IMG/VR virus record: IMGVR_UViG_3300022305_000561
DNA length: 64,000 nucleotides
Reading direction: 5' to 3' (one strand)
Origin: a virus
Taxonomy: Duplodnaviria; Caudoviricetes
Numbering within the stretch: position 1 is the first letter of the stretch; each line of letters opens with the position of its first letter. The notes under the pieces are model-generated. The model saw nothing but the letters and a program-made list of their open reading frames with translations. It was not told the origin of the DNA and ran no database searches. Shown here piece by piece: positions 8,079 through 16,430 of this stretch. Made by a program: the position numbers and the translations under genes.

Positions 8079-9542
8079 TTACAACCCTCTTCTACTTAAC
8101 TCAGCCTTTATATTTTCATATTTTTGTTCTTCATCTAACATTTGTCTTTTGAATCCAACGCGATTGTTATACATTGTTTCCATTAAACTAGGCAAAAATC
8201 CTTGCTTATCATTCTTATAACACCATCCATTAGCTGAGACAGATAATCCTGTCTCAGGAATAGGTTCTTTCTTAAGCAATCCCTCAATAGTAAGGTTTAA
8301 TCTCGTATCAGCAATCATCTCAGGACTGATGTTATATTGACGAATTAGTGAAGGATATAAACTTGCCAAATCGAACGATGCTACCCATTTATGCATACCC
8401 TTTATAGGATCTTTGACGTATGCACCCTCAAACGCTTCACCTTTAGAATGATGTTCATTGTTAGGAATAACAACTTTCTTCTTCAACAAATCGTTATAGA
8501 TGATAGCATCCCATAGCTTCACAGGACTAAACGCATCATTATAGTTAATCTTTGCTGTATAAGCCATCGTTAGATGTAACTCAATCAACCTTAACTTATC
8601 TTCTAACTTATCAACTATGTCAACATCTTTTATGTTGTAGTCGACGAACAACTCAAAGTCTTTTGTATAGAAGTCCTTGAATGATGCAAACTGACTATGA
8701 TCAACTTTCTTTTCGTCTAACTCAACAAAGCCAATATGGTCAAGTTTATAAGATTCTTGAGTAGTGAATGTGTATTTCTTATAAAGAACGATGTAATCTA
8801 ATGAAGATATACCCACCAGATCAAACATTAGTTCTTCAGTACCACGAATATTAATTTTCTTTTCGTTAACAATATTCCAAGGTGATAACTTCTTATAATC
8901 ATCACCAAGAACCTTTTTGATACGATTGACTAAGTAAGGAATATCAAACAAGTCAGTATTCCAACCTGTGATAACATCAGGCATATTACATTGCCAATGA
9001 GTCAAGAACTTCCTCAATAAATCCTGTTCATTCTTACACAAGACATAGTTGTTTGCAAACTTACCTGTATATGGTCTTGAACCAAAGGTTTTATACTCTT
9101 TAGACTTGTTATCTTGGATAGTGATTAGCAGAATCTCTTCAGCTGCATACTTAGGTTCTGGAAAGGCATCGGCTTCAGTTGCAGTTTCAATATCGATTGA
9201 AACTATCTTCATCAAATCTGAATCGAAGATTATATCTTCAGGATGAGTCTCAGAGATATACTGATAAGCATAGTTAGTTTGACCAAAGATATTGAACGAC
9301 CCAACTCCCTCATAAGTTTTGATGAATTCCTTACAATCATTAATGTTTCCTGGTTTTATCTCATATGCTGGAATATCATTTAATGTAGACCATTCAGTGG
9401 GTACTGATGCAGTTTTAGTATTGGTTGTGTACAAGGTAGGATAAAAGTCTACCTTCTGTTTTTGCGGAAGTCCGTCCCGAATAGAACGAACTAAAAGTTG
9501 ACTGCCATATTGGAGACAGGATGTGTAGAATGATGTTGACAT
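8079..9542 (-). CDS. 43: DNA polymerase gp43A (N-terminal, 3'-5' exonuclease, palm motif A)
   Basis: SIDIET, ITGWNTDLFDIPY, YNIKDV, SFDLASLYPSLIRQYNISPE; ends in the fingers helix. Confidence 0.95.
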   Translation of the reverse strand: MSTSFYTSCLQYGSQLLVRSIRDGLPQKQKVDFYPTLYTTNTKTASVPTEWSTLNDIPAYEIKPGNINDCKEFIKTYEGVGSFNIFGQTNYAYQYISETHPEDIIFDSDLMKIVSIDIETATEADAFPEPKYAAEEILLITIQDNKSKEYKTFGSRPYTGKFANNYVLCKNEQDLLRKFLTHWQCNMPDVITGWNTDLFDIPYLVNRIKKVLGDDYKKLSPWNIVNEKKINIRGTEELMFDLVGISSLDYIVLYKKYTFTTQESYKLDHIGFVELDEKKVDHSQFASFKDFYTKDFELFVDYNIKDVDIVDKLEDKLRLIELHLTMAYTAKINYNDAFSPVKLWDAIIYNDLLKKKVVIPNNEHHSKGEAFEGAYVKDPIKGMHKWVASFDLASLYPSLIRQYNISPEMIADTRLNLTIEGLLKKEPIPETGLSVSANGWCYKNDKQGFLPSLMETMYNNRVGFKRQMLDEEQKYENIKAELSRRGL

Positions 9543-9569
9543 TGTAGCTCCATAATTTAAGTATAGTTC

Positions 9570-9598
9570 ATTATACTACCGTTTTGGTATTTTGTAAA
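9570..9598 (-). promoter_or_regulatory. Promoter TTTACA-N17-TATAAT upstream of gp43A
   Basis: Consensus boxes with 17-nt spacer. Confidence 0.75.
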
Positions 9599-9600
9599 GA

Positions 9601-10161
9601 CTATATTGGATACATCAGTTGAACAGCATCGTAGGCTGCGTCTCCCACTGGATCATGTTTGATTACCTTTTGGACATCAAAATCTTTCAGGCTAACTTCA
9701 CAATATCCTTTCTTAGAAGTCGATGCTAATATGTCTATTGCAGTTCGTGTGTCTCTATATTGGTTATACAAAACTAATGGCTTTGCGCTAATAGCATTAC
9801 ACAAACTTTCCATTGCCATCTGGTCAAGAGCACCACGAGTCCAAAGTATTTTTGTAGGAGATGGATCTGTATTTAGATAATTACGTAGGAGTTCTATACC
9901 TTCAATAGCAGACACATCGTGTTTGGAAGGGTTGAGGCTAGTTTGTTTTGCAAAGTCACATTGATTCTTCCACCACTCTAAGGTAGATTTGGAAACGGTG
10001 CGTTTGTATTTTTGGATTTGTTCTTGAGCATCAAACTTCACAAAGATAGATTTTTCAATCATTTCTTCATAAGTCATACCATCGTTAAAATATACCATTG
10101 CGGCTGATAAGATAACGCAGGTACTTTCAGTCGATAAGGTCTCGATATCTAGCACAATCAT
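9601..10161 (-). CDS. DexA-like DnaQ-family 3'-5' exonuclease
   Basis: LDIETL, TLEWWKNQ, WTRGALD, RDTRT, KHDPVGDAAYD. Confidence 0.75.
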   Translation of the reverse strand: MIVLDIETLSTESTCVILSAAMVYFNDGMTYEEMIEKSIFVKFDAQEQIQKYKRTVSKSTLEWWKNQCDFAKQTSLNPSKHDVSAIEGIELLRNYLNTDPSPTKILWTRGALDQMAMESLCNAISAKPLVLYNQYRDTRTAIDILASTSKKGYCEVSLKDFDVQKVIKHDPVGDAAYDAVQLMYPI

Positions 10162-10186
10162 TCAATTTCTCCATAATTAAAACACT

Positions 10187-10215
10187 ATTATACCTGACTA
10201 TCCGAAAATAGTCAA
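10187..10215 (-). promoter_or_regulatory. Promoter TTGACT-N17-TATAAT
   Basis: Consensus boxes with 17-nt spacer. Confidence 0.75.
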
Positions 10216-10230
10216 GTATATTTTTAGAAT

Positions 10231-10539
10231 TTAGATAATCAATTTACGATCTGGAACTTGTATCAATGGTGCTTCTTCAGGTTCTTCAAACTTTGAATTA
10301 TATTCATCGATCAAACCTTGAACAGGAGTACCAACAGATACAATAGCAGATTTGTAGATATTGGTAGTACCATCAACATAAGGCATATATTGGGCTATCA
10401 TAATACCCATAGTGCCATCTTCTCTTGATTGAATAGCGATTTGAGCAGGATTTGATGTTGTGAATTGAAAGGCATCTTCATCGACAACAATAGCCAGTAA
10501 TTCTTCACCGCTTGATAATTTGAAACATTTTGTCGTCAT
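10231..10539 (-). CDS. Conserved T4-like hypothetical protein (Sm-like fold family)
   Basis: KCFKLSSGEELLA...YMPY...LIDEY pattern typical of this family. Confidence 0.55.
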   Translation of the reverse strand: MTTKCFKLSSGEELLAIVVDEDAFQFTTSNPAQIAIQSREDGTMGIMIAQYMPYVDGTTNIYKSAIVSVGTPVQGLIDEYNSKFEEPEEAPLIQVPDRKLII

Positions 10540-10572
10540 CTTATATTCCTAAGGTCAATATATTAAAATACT

Positions 10573-10601
10573 ATTATACTATAAAGTTACATAAAAGTAA
10601 A
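10573..10601 (-). promoter_or_regulatory. Promoter TTTACT-N17-TATAAT, back-to-back with an endonuclease late promoter
   Basis: Flanking sequence nearly identical to 7931-7970. Confidence 0.75.
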
Positions 10602-10602
10602 T

Positions 10603-10707
10603 AGTGAGTTTTCAATTTGTATAAATAGATATAGGTGTTACTCACGGATGGCTGTCCTAGTAACTCTAATCATTCTACTATTAATTCAGGAACTAATATG
10701 ACCAGCA
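10603..10707 (+). promoter_or_regulatory. Endonuclease leader (late promoter + hairpin)
   Basis: TATAAATA at 10620-27; GTTACT(10637-42)/AGTAAC(10659-64); CTCTAATCATTC; ATGACCAGCA. Confidence 0.8.
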
Positions 10708-11408
10708 CAAGTATATATACACCCTTTTTACCAGACCAATATTGCGTTTATCATACCACTTATTCCGGAAAACTTCTACCTCAAAACTATATTGGCTCAT
10801 CATCAGTAGACAATGTTCTAAATAAAAATTATCACGGTTCAGTGGTATCAGAACGATACAAGTCAATATGGTTATCTGAATTAAAACTCCATCCCGAACT
10901 GTTTTCAACAGTAATAGTATCTTACCACGATACCAGATCAAATGCAACATATAAAGAACTTCAGGTACAAAGAACATTAAATGTTGTTAAAAGCGAGTTA
11001 TTCGTCAATAGATCATATGCCTCCGTATATGGGTTTACCGATACAACATACACACCAGAAGAAAAAGAGGTAATGAGTAAGAAACTATCTACTGGACATG
11101 CTAATAGAACTCCTGAAGAAAAAGCAAAAACGAGTAAGAAAATGTCAGATGCGCGTAAAGGAAAAAAGCAATCAGAAGAACATATATCTAAAAGATCTGC
11201 TGCTAATACAGGACTAAAAAGATGTCCTCGTTCTGATGAGTATAGAACTAAACAATCTGTTGCACATACAGGTAGGAAAAGAGGTCCTCAATCGACAGAA
11301 CATAGGAATAAACTATCTTCTATATTCTTCTTCTTAATATCAACTAAGAAAAGTTATACTAAAAGAGCATTAACTAGATATTTTCCCGAGTTCAAGCAAT
11401 TTTATTAA
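10698..11408 (+). CDS. GIY-YIG-like homing endonuclease with NUMOD3 repeats
   Basis: YCVYHTTY...NYIGSSS...YHGSV; repeats QSEEHISKRS, RSDEYRTKQS, QSTEHRNKLS. Confidence 0.8.
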   Translation: MTSTSIYTPFLPDQYCVYHTTYSGKLLPQNYIGSSSVDNVLNKNYHGSVVSERYKSIWLSELKLHPELFSTVIVSYHDTRSNATYKELQVQRTLNVVKSELFVNRSYASVYGFTDTTYTPEEKEVMSKKLSTGHANRTPEEKAKTSKKMSDARKGKKQSEEHISKRSAANTGLKRCPRSDEYRTKQSVAHTGRKRGPQSTEHRNKLSSIFFFLISTKKSYTKRALTRYFPEFKQFY

Positions 11409-11434
11409 AAAAAGGAGGTATAATATACCTCCTT
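11406..11434 (-). terminator. Rho-independent terminator between hsp20 and the convergent endonuclease
   Basis: AAAGGAGGTAT-AAT-ATACCTCCTTT inverted repeat with a T tract on the minus strand. Confidence 0.75.
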
Positions 11435-11447
11435 TAGATGCACCCAA

Positions 11448-11915
11448 CTACTCTAGCAACAACTTGCTTAAAGTAGAATTGATCTCTAACTTTTTAGGGA
11501 TCAATTCCTCTGGGACAATATGATTCAGGTAGATTTTGAGTAATCCATCTTGTAATGTTACATCAGAAATTTCTACACGTTCTGCCAATGTGAAAGTCCG
11601 TTTAAATGCTCTTGATGATAGACCCCTATGAAGATATACCTCAAAGGCACCATCCAGTGTTGCTTTACCACCAACAGTAAGGCTTCTGTTTAACAATTCT
11701 ACTTCAATATCTTCTTTTTTGAAACCTGCGACAGCAATCTCAATCACATATTTGGTATCCCCAATACTTTTAATATTATATGGCGGATAGTTCGATTGAT
11801 TCTTTAAGTTTGCTTCTTTTGATTTTCTAATAGAATCTTGCTCCGATTCAAATCCAATGAAGAATTTAAGAAGGTCAGTATCGATTCTAGGTAAAAAGGG
11901 TTGTGTTGTAAGCAT
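11448..11915 (-). CDS. Small heat shock protein (Hsp20/IbpA-like)
   Basis: NYPPYNI...YVIEIAVAGF...YLHRGLSSRAFKRTFTLA...DGLL...PEE. Confidence 0.92.
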   Translation of the reverse strand: MLTTQPFLPRIDTDLLKFFIGFESEQDSIRKSKEANLKNQSNYPPYNIKSIGDTKYVIEIAVAGFKKEDIEVELLNRSLTVGGKATLDGAFEVYLHRGLSSRAFKRTFTLAERVEISDVTLQDGLLKIYLNHIVPEELIPKKLEINSTLSKLLLE

Positions 11916-11966
11916 TGTATTCTCCAATTAAGCGAGATTTAAGTTTGCTACCCCGAAGGCATAGCG
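11913..11966 (-). promoter_or_regulatory. ROSE-like RNA thermometer candidate in the hsp20 leader
   Basis: UUCG hairpin, then UCUCGCU able to pair with the SD UGGAGA. Confidence 0.5.
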
Positions 11967-12028
11967 ATAAATGGGAAGTTTTGACTTTGCCCCCACAAAG
12001 TTTCGGTGGCTGCGAACCGCCTGAAATC

Positions 12029-12211
12029 TTACTCTTCTTCTGTTGCTTCTTCAGGAGACTCTGCTTGAAGCAATTGAATTGCTGATTCACCTTGGCTTCT
12101 AATCTTACTAACTAAGACAGCAACTTCATCAAATGGGTGCTTACCTAAGACAGCTAAGATGATGTTAATTTCTTTTAATGATAATGTAATTTCAATGTCT
12201 GGGTTTTCCAT
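12029..12211 (-). CDS. Hypothetical protein
   Basis: 60-aa ORF with GGAG RBS. Confidence 0.6.
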   Translation of the reverse strand: MENPDIEITLSLKEINIILAVLGKHPFDEVAVLVSKIRSQGESAIQLLQAESPEEATEEE

Positions 12212-12310
12212 AATATCTCCATGGTTGTTTAAAATGTACTACGTGAATCTTGTTTCCAAGAATAGGTGCTCCGTGCAATTCCTTTGGTCGACTAATCCTA
12301 AGCCTTTTTG

Positions 12311-12733
12311 TTATTTCCTGACGCCAATAGCATACTTTTGTACGAGTTGCCATTGAGGTTTTTCCGCATAAGACAATATCTTGATTGAAGATAATGATGT
12401 CCTATTTTGAGTCTTTTCTGCATCTACTACTTTCAACAGATTCCAATCCTGAAGTAATATCGCAATGGTGTTTCTACGTTCAATGTCGCCCATACTTATA
12501 TTGGTTCCCTTACCATCCAAGGCAAATAGTTCTTTAAAATGGATTATGTAGTACCTACCTTGTTTGTGAAGGATGTGACAAGATTGATAAAGAGTATTAT
12601 CCTTTCTTGATGCCACACCAATTCTTGTTAATGTTTCTTTGATCTTTAGAAAACTATCAGGTTCAGGGATCACAATCTCCAACATAGATTCTATAGTCCA
12701 ATCCAAATATACCGCATTATCATTATATTCCAT
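12311..12733 (-). CDS. regA: Translational repressor RegA
   Basis: FLKIKETLTRIGVASRKDNTLYQSCHILHKQGRYYIIHFKELFALDG. Confidence 0.97.
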   Translation of the reverse strand: MEYNDNAVYLDWTIESMLEIVIPEPDSFLKIKETLTRIGVASRKDNTLYQSCHILHKQGRYYIIHFKELFALDGKGTNISMGDIERRNTIAILLQDWNLLKVVDAEKTQNRTSLSSIKILSYAEKPQWQLVQKYAIGVRK

Positions 12734-13113
12734 TATTTTCCGCCCTTGTTTTGTTTTTCTCTGATATAGCTAAGTTGACCCTCTGATAGGATATTTAGTA
12801 TGCCTTTTGCTTCTCGTTTTGAGTAACCATAAAAAGCACACACATTCTCAAGATCCTCAGAAACAGACTCTTTTGGAGCCCACTTCGAGAATCTTTTTTT
12901 CTTACTTATACTATGTATCAAAAACGAAAACTGTTGTTGGTTGGAAAGATCAGGATAATGATTCATCTCATTGGCATACATTATCGTATCAGGGAAATAA
13001 GACAGACTTCTATTCACGATGAACGGAACATAATCCTTATTTGCCTGAGGATCTTGGAACATATCCTCTTTGGTAAAGTTGATAGCATTTACAAACTCAA
13101 ATGGTGTACTCAT
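12733..13113 (-). CDS. 62: Clamp loader small subunit gp62
   Basis: YVPFIVNRSLSYFPDTIMYANEMN...KKRFSKW. Confidence 0.92.
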   Translation of the reverse strand: MSTPFEFVNAINFTKEDMFQDPQANKDYVPFIVNRSLSYFPDTIMYANEMNHYPDLSNQQQFSFLIHSISKKKRFSKWAPKESVSEDLENVCAFYGYSKREAKGILNILSEGQLSYIREKQNKGGK

Positions 13114-13150
13114 AATATATTCTACTAGATTGTACAAAGGGTGGAGAAGA

Positions 13151-14122
13151 CTAACGCCATTTGACTGATGCCATGATTTCAGTCATTGCTGCCATGATAT
13201 TGATTTCTCTATCAGTGACAAATGCATTCTTATAACCATAATCAGCTAGAATCAACACCAATTGAGGTATGCTTGTTACTTCTATATATTCAACCGACTT
13301 GTCATATAACTTTCTAAACAACTCTGTTGAGTCTATATCAATGTTGATACCTACCCACTTTCTAACTTCTGTGAAGTTCTTTTCCTTCATCATCTTTAGT
13401 AATGAAGTGAAAGTTTCATCAGAAGCATTGACTAAGATACCCGCATCAATCTTACCCGATACGGAATACCGTTGAAGTTCATTCAATATTCTTCTGTAAT
13501 CTGGAAAGTGTTTAGTTACTAACTCAGCCACAACCTTTGGGTCAAACTCAACATTCTCAGACTTAAGAATAGTTACTGCTCTTTTGAAGAATGAAGCTGC
13601 AATTTGTTGTTTATCTTTAGCATCTAACTTGAAGTCTATACAAGTACAGCGAGAATGTAATGGTTCAATGATTCGGTTCTTGAAGTTACAAGTTAAGATG
13701 AATCTACAGTTTGAACTGAACTCTTCTATAAAACCCCGCAAGGCAGGTTGAACAGATTGAGCATTTGTATAATCTGCTTCATCGATAATAACAATCTTTC
13801 TAGCATCAGTCAAAGATACTGTTGATGCAAAACTTCTGATGGTAGTTCTTAAGGTATCAATAGAACGACCTTCGTCTGAACCATTGATCATTAGATATTC
13901 AGCACCTATTTCTTCACACAATGCTTTGGCAATAGTAGTCTTACCTACACCTGCTGTACCGCTGAATAAGAAGTTTGGCATTTGACCTGATTTGATAAAC
14001 TCTCTGAATGTTTCTTTCAAAGATTCTGGTAGGATACATTCATTGATGGTTTGTGGTCTGTATTTCTCGCACCACAAGAACTGCCTATTGTTGACATTCA
14101 ATTCATTCATAATATTTCCCAT
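13151..14122 (-). CDS. 44: Clamp loader large subunit gp44
   Basis: LWCEKYRP, GTAGVGKTT, IIDEADY, EPLHSRC. Confidence 0.96.
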   Translation of the reverse strand: MGNIMNELNVNNRQFLWCEKYRPQTINECILPESLKETFREFIKSGQMPNFLFSGTAGVGKTTIAKALCEEIGAEYLMINGSDEGRSIDTLRTTIRSFASTVSLTDARKIVIIDEADYTNAQSVQPALRGFIEEFSSNCRFILTCNFKNRIIEPLHSRCTCIDFKLDAKDKQQIAASFFKRAVTILKSENVEFDPKVVAELVTKHFPDYRRILNELQRYSVSGKIDAGILVNASDETFTSLLKMMKEKNFTEVRKWVGINIDIDSTELFRKLYDKSVEYIEVTSIPQLVLILADYGYKNAFVTDREINIMAAMTEIMASVKWR

Positions 14123-14170
14123 AGTATAGTAGAATGGTGACGCATTAGATGCCGCCTCAATGTTTAGTTC

Positions 14171-14830
14171 TTAGTTGAATGTAGAATCTGATTCTACGCC
14201 CACGTAGTATACTAGATCTGAACTATCTGATTTGAATCTTGAAATTCGTTTAGATGAGATGGCTACTGTATAATCTGCTTGGATAAACTTGAACATTTCA
14301 ACCTTAAAGTTAATATGGAAATTTAAATCAGTTACCCCAATATTAACTTCAAATGCATTACTCGTATCTACTTTCTTATCAGACACAATCAACTTCAACT
14401 TACCTTCAGAACCTACGAAAGCAACATCTGGAGCTCTCAATACGGAAGCAGTCTTACTAATCATTGCCAACGTGTCGGCACTTAATTTGAATTCAATATC
14501 TGCTTCAGGGAAGTTAATCTCTTTCTTTGGAACTGATAATACAGATGGGTCAGCAGAAAAGTATTTGATTGAAGTTTCACCATCTGAGATACGAACAAAC
14601 TTATCAGAAAACTCTAAATCTGGACTTGGAAATAACGACAACACACCCAAGAACTCATTCAAATCATAGATACCAAACTCTGATGGGAATACATCAGGAA
14701 CGGTGATTGACGATAGGATTGTATTCTGCACTGACCGAGTTTTAAGAACACTACCCTCTGCAAATAAGATGTTCGGACTGATTGAACTGTAATTCTTTAG
14801 GATAGTAACTGATTCTTTTGATAACTTCAT
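14171..14830 (-). CDS. 45: Sliding clamp gp45
   Basis: MKLSKESVTILKNYSSI...FGIYDLNEFL. Confidence 0.95.
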   Translation of the reverse strand: MKLSKESVTILKNYSSISPNILFAEGSVLKTRSVQNTILSSITVPDVFPSEFGIYDLNEFLGVLSLFPSPDLEFSDKFVRISDGETSIKYFSADPSVLSVPKKEINFPEADIEFKLSADTLAMISKTASVLRAPDVAFVGSEGKLKLIVSDKKVDTSNAFEVNIGVTDLNFHINFKVEMFKFIQADYTVAISSKRISRFKSDSSDLVYYVGVESDSTFN

Positions 14831-14872
14831 TTTTAATTCCTCATTATTTAATATAATATAATACTTCATTTT

Positions 14873-15241
14873 CTACTTTTTTACTACTTCTTTCCACTCT
14901 TCTTCAGTATATAGGTCTCTTTCTAATAAGAAAAGAAGATTGCATACAGCATGTGCCAAGTGGTTAATACCTGTCTCTGAATCCAATTGCTGACCAGATT
15001 TCCAATCCCAAAGATGACGTTGAAGTGCATCAAAGTACCTATCTTGTGCATCAGGCACTTTTTGCCAGTTGTATTTGTCATATTTTATTGCTCCTGCTGT
15101 TAGAACTTTCACAGTTTCTTTTAATGCTGTTGGTGGTATCAAGCCATATTGTAACTTACCTTGATCAAACTTTCTTCCCCCAGTTGTAGCAGTTTGGGAT
15201 TCTTTTACTCTATCCAATTCGTATTTACAAGCCTCACTCAT
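14873..15241 (-). CDS. dATP/dGTP diphosphohydrolase-like protein (DUF5664 family)
   Basis: GRKFDQGK...L..GAIKY..YNW...RYFDALQRHL...DSETGINHLAHAVCNLLFL. Confidence 0.8.
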   Translation of the reverse strand: MSEACKYELDRVKESQTATTGGRKFDQGKLQYGLIPPTALKETVKVLTAGAIKYDKYNWQKVPDAQDRYFDALQRHLWDWKSGQQLDSETGINHLAHAVCNLLFLLERDLYTEEEWKEVVKK

Positions 15242-15243
15242 TA

Positions 15244-16356
15244 TTACACCTCATACACTTCATTATCGGTTAGAATCTTATCAAACAAATCGATGAATGA
15301 TAAACGAGTTGATTCATCGAATCTATTAACACACAATTCAACCGATTTCTTCTTATCATTAAAGATTGAGAAAGACTTGACAATATGTATCAATCTACGA
15401 GTAGTGATGTTTTCATCAACACCACCATCATCAAATGTTCTACGGATCGTATCAGCCCAACGAACAAGATCATTAGCAAAATCGGTATCTAAACAATCAA
15501 ATTGATTCATCACATTTGTAACAATCTTTAACTCAACTGCTTGTCCTGGATAATCTTGAACCATTGTTACTGCAAATCGTTCAAGGAAGGCTTCGTTCAA
15601 GATATTCGTACCGATGTAACGACCATCTTCAGAACCCTTACCTTTTGTATTAGCAGTAGCAAAGATATTGAAACCGTCAGCAGGAATAATCATCTCGTTC
15701 TTCAACTTGAAGTAAAACGGTTTTCCTTCTAAAATTGGTTGAAGACATAACAATGTATTGGCATTACCAGCATCAATCTCATCTAGTAACAACACATAAC
15801 CCATTCTCATAGCACGAACAATTGGTCCTTCAATTACTTCAACATTACCATCAGTCAAAGTTTTAGTACCAATCAACTGGTCTTCATCAGTCATACTGTT
15901 AAGATTGATACGAATAATTGGACGATTTTGTTTAGCACATATTTGTTCAACAGTGGTAGATTTACCATTACCAGTTGGACCATAAATGTAAGTAGGATAG
16001 AAGATTTTAGACTTGATAACTTTTTCTACATCTTTATGGATACCGAATGGTACATAAGTTAGGTCAGTTGGAGGAATAAGGGATTCAGAAATATCATTAG
16101 ATATTTGAGTTTTTACAACAGTCAATTTAGGTTCAACTGCTTTTACTTCTCCAGTATATCCTGGAAGAGCATAAACACCTCGAGATACTCGAGTCTTTGT
16201 AATTATATAGAAATTAACAGGTTCTTTAATCTGAACTGATAATTTTTCAGCAGACTCAATTGCTTGTTGTCGTGTTACAACATTTGTTGTTTTTGTATCA
16301 GGATACATTTCAGATACAAGATTTAATAATTTAGTACGTTTTTCACTTGATTTCAT
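15244..16356 (-). CDS. MoxR/CobS-like AAA+ ATPase
   Basis: GPTGNGKST, LLDEID, TANTKGKGSEDGRYIGTNILNEAFLERF. Confidence 0.9.
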   Translation of the reverse strand: MKSSEKRTKLLNLVSEMYPDTKTTNVVTRQQAIESAEKLSVQIKEPVNFYIITKTRVSRGVYALPGYTGEVKAVEPKLTVVKTQISNDISESLIPPTDLTYVPFGIHKDVEKVIKSKIFYPTYIYGPTGNGKSTTVEQICAKQNRPIIRINLNSMTDEDQLIGTKTLTDGNVEVIEGPIVRAMRMGYVLLLDEIDAGNANTLLCLQPILEGKPFYFKLKNEMIIPADGFNIFATANTKGKGSEDGRYIGTNILNEAFLERFAVTMVQDYPGQAVELKIVTNVMNQFDCLDTDFANDLVRWADTIRRTFDDGGVDENITTRRLIHIVKSFSIFNDKKKSVELCVNRFDESTRLSFIDLFDKILTDNEVYEV

Positions 16357-16423
16357 AATATATTTTCTCACTTGGTTTATTTAATTTATAAGTTATTATA
16401 AACTATGGTATTCATATTGTCAA
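16351..16423 (-). promoter_or_regulatory. Perfect sigma70 promoter TTGACA-N17-TATAAT plus a 43-nt leader duplicated at 20120-20162
   Basis: -35 at 16418-23, -10 at 16395-16400. Confidence 0.85.
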
Positions 16424-16430
16424 CCTTTAT

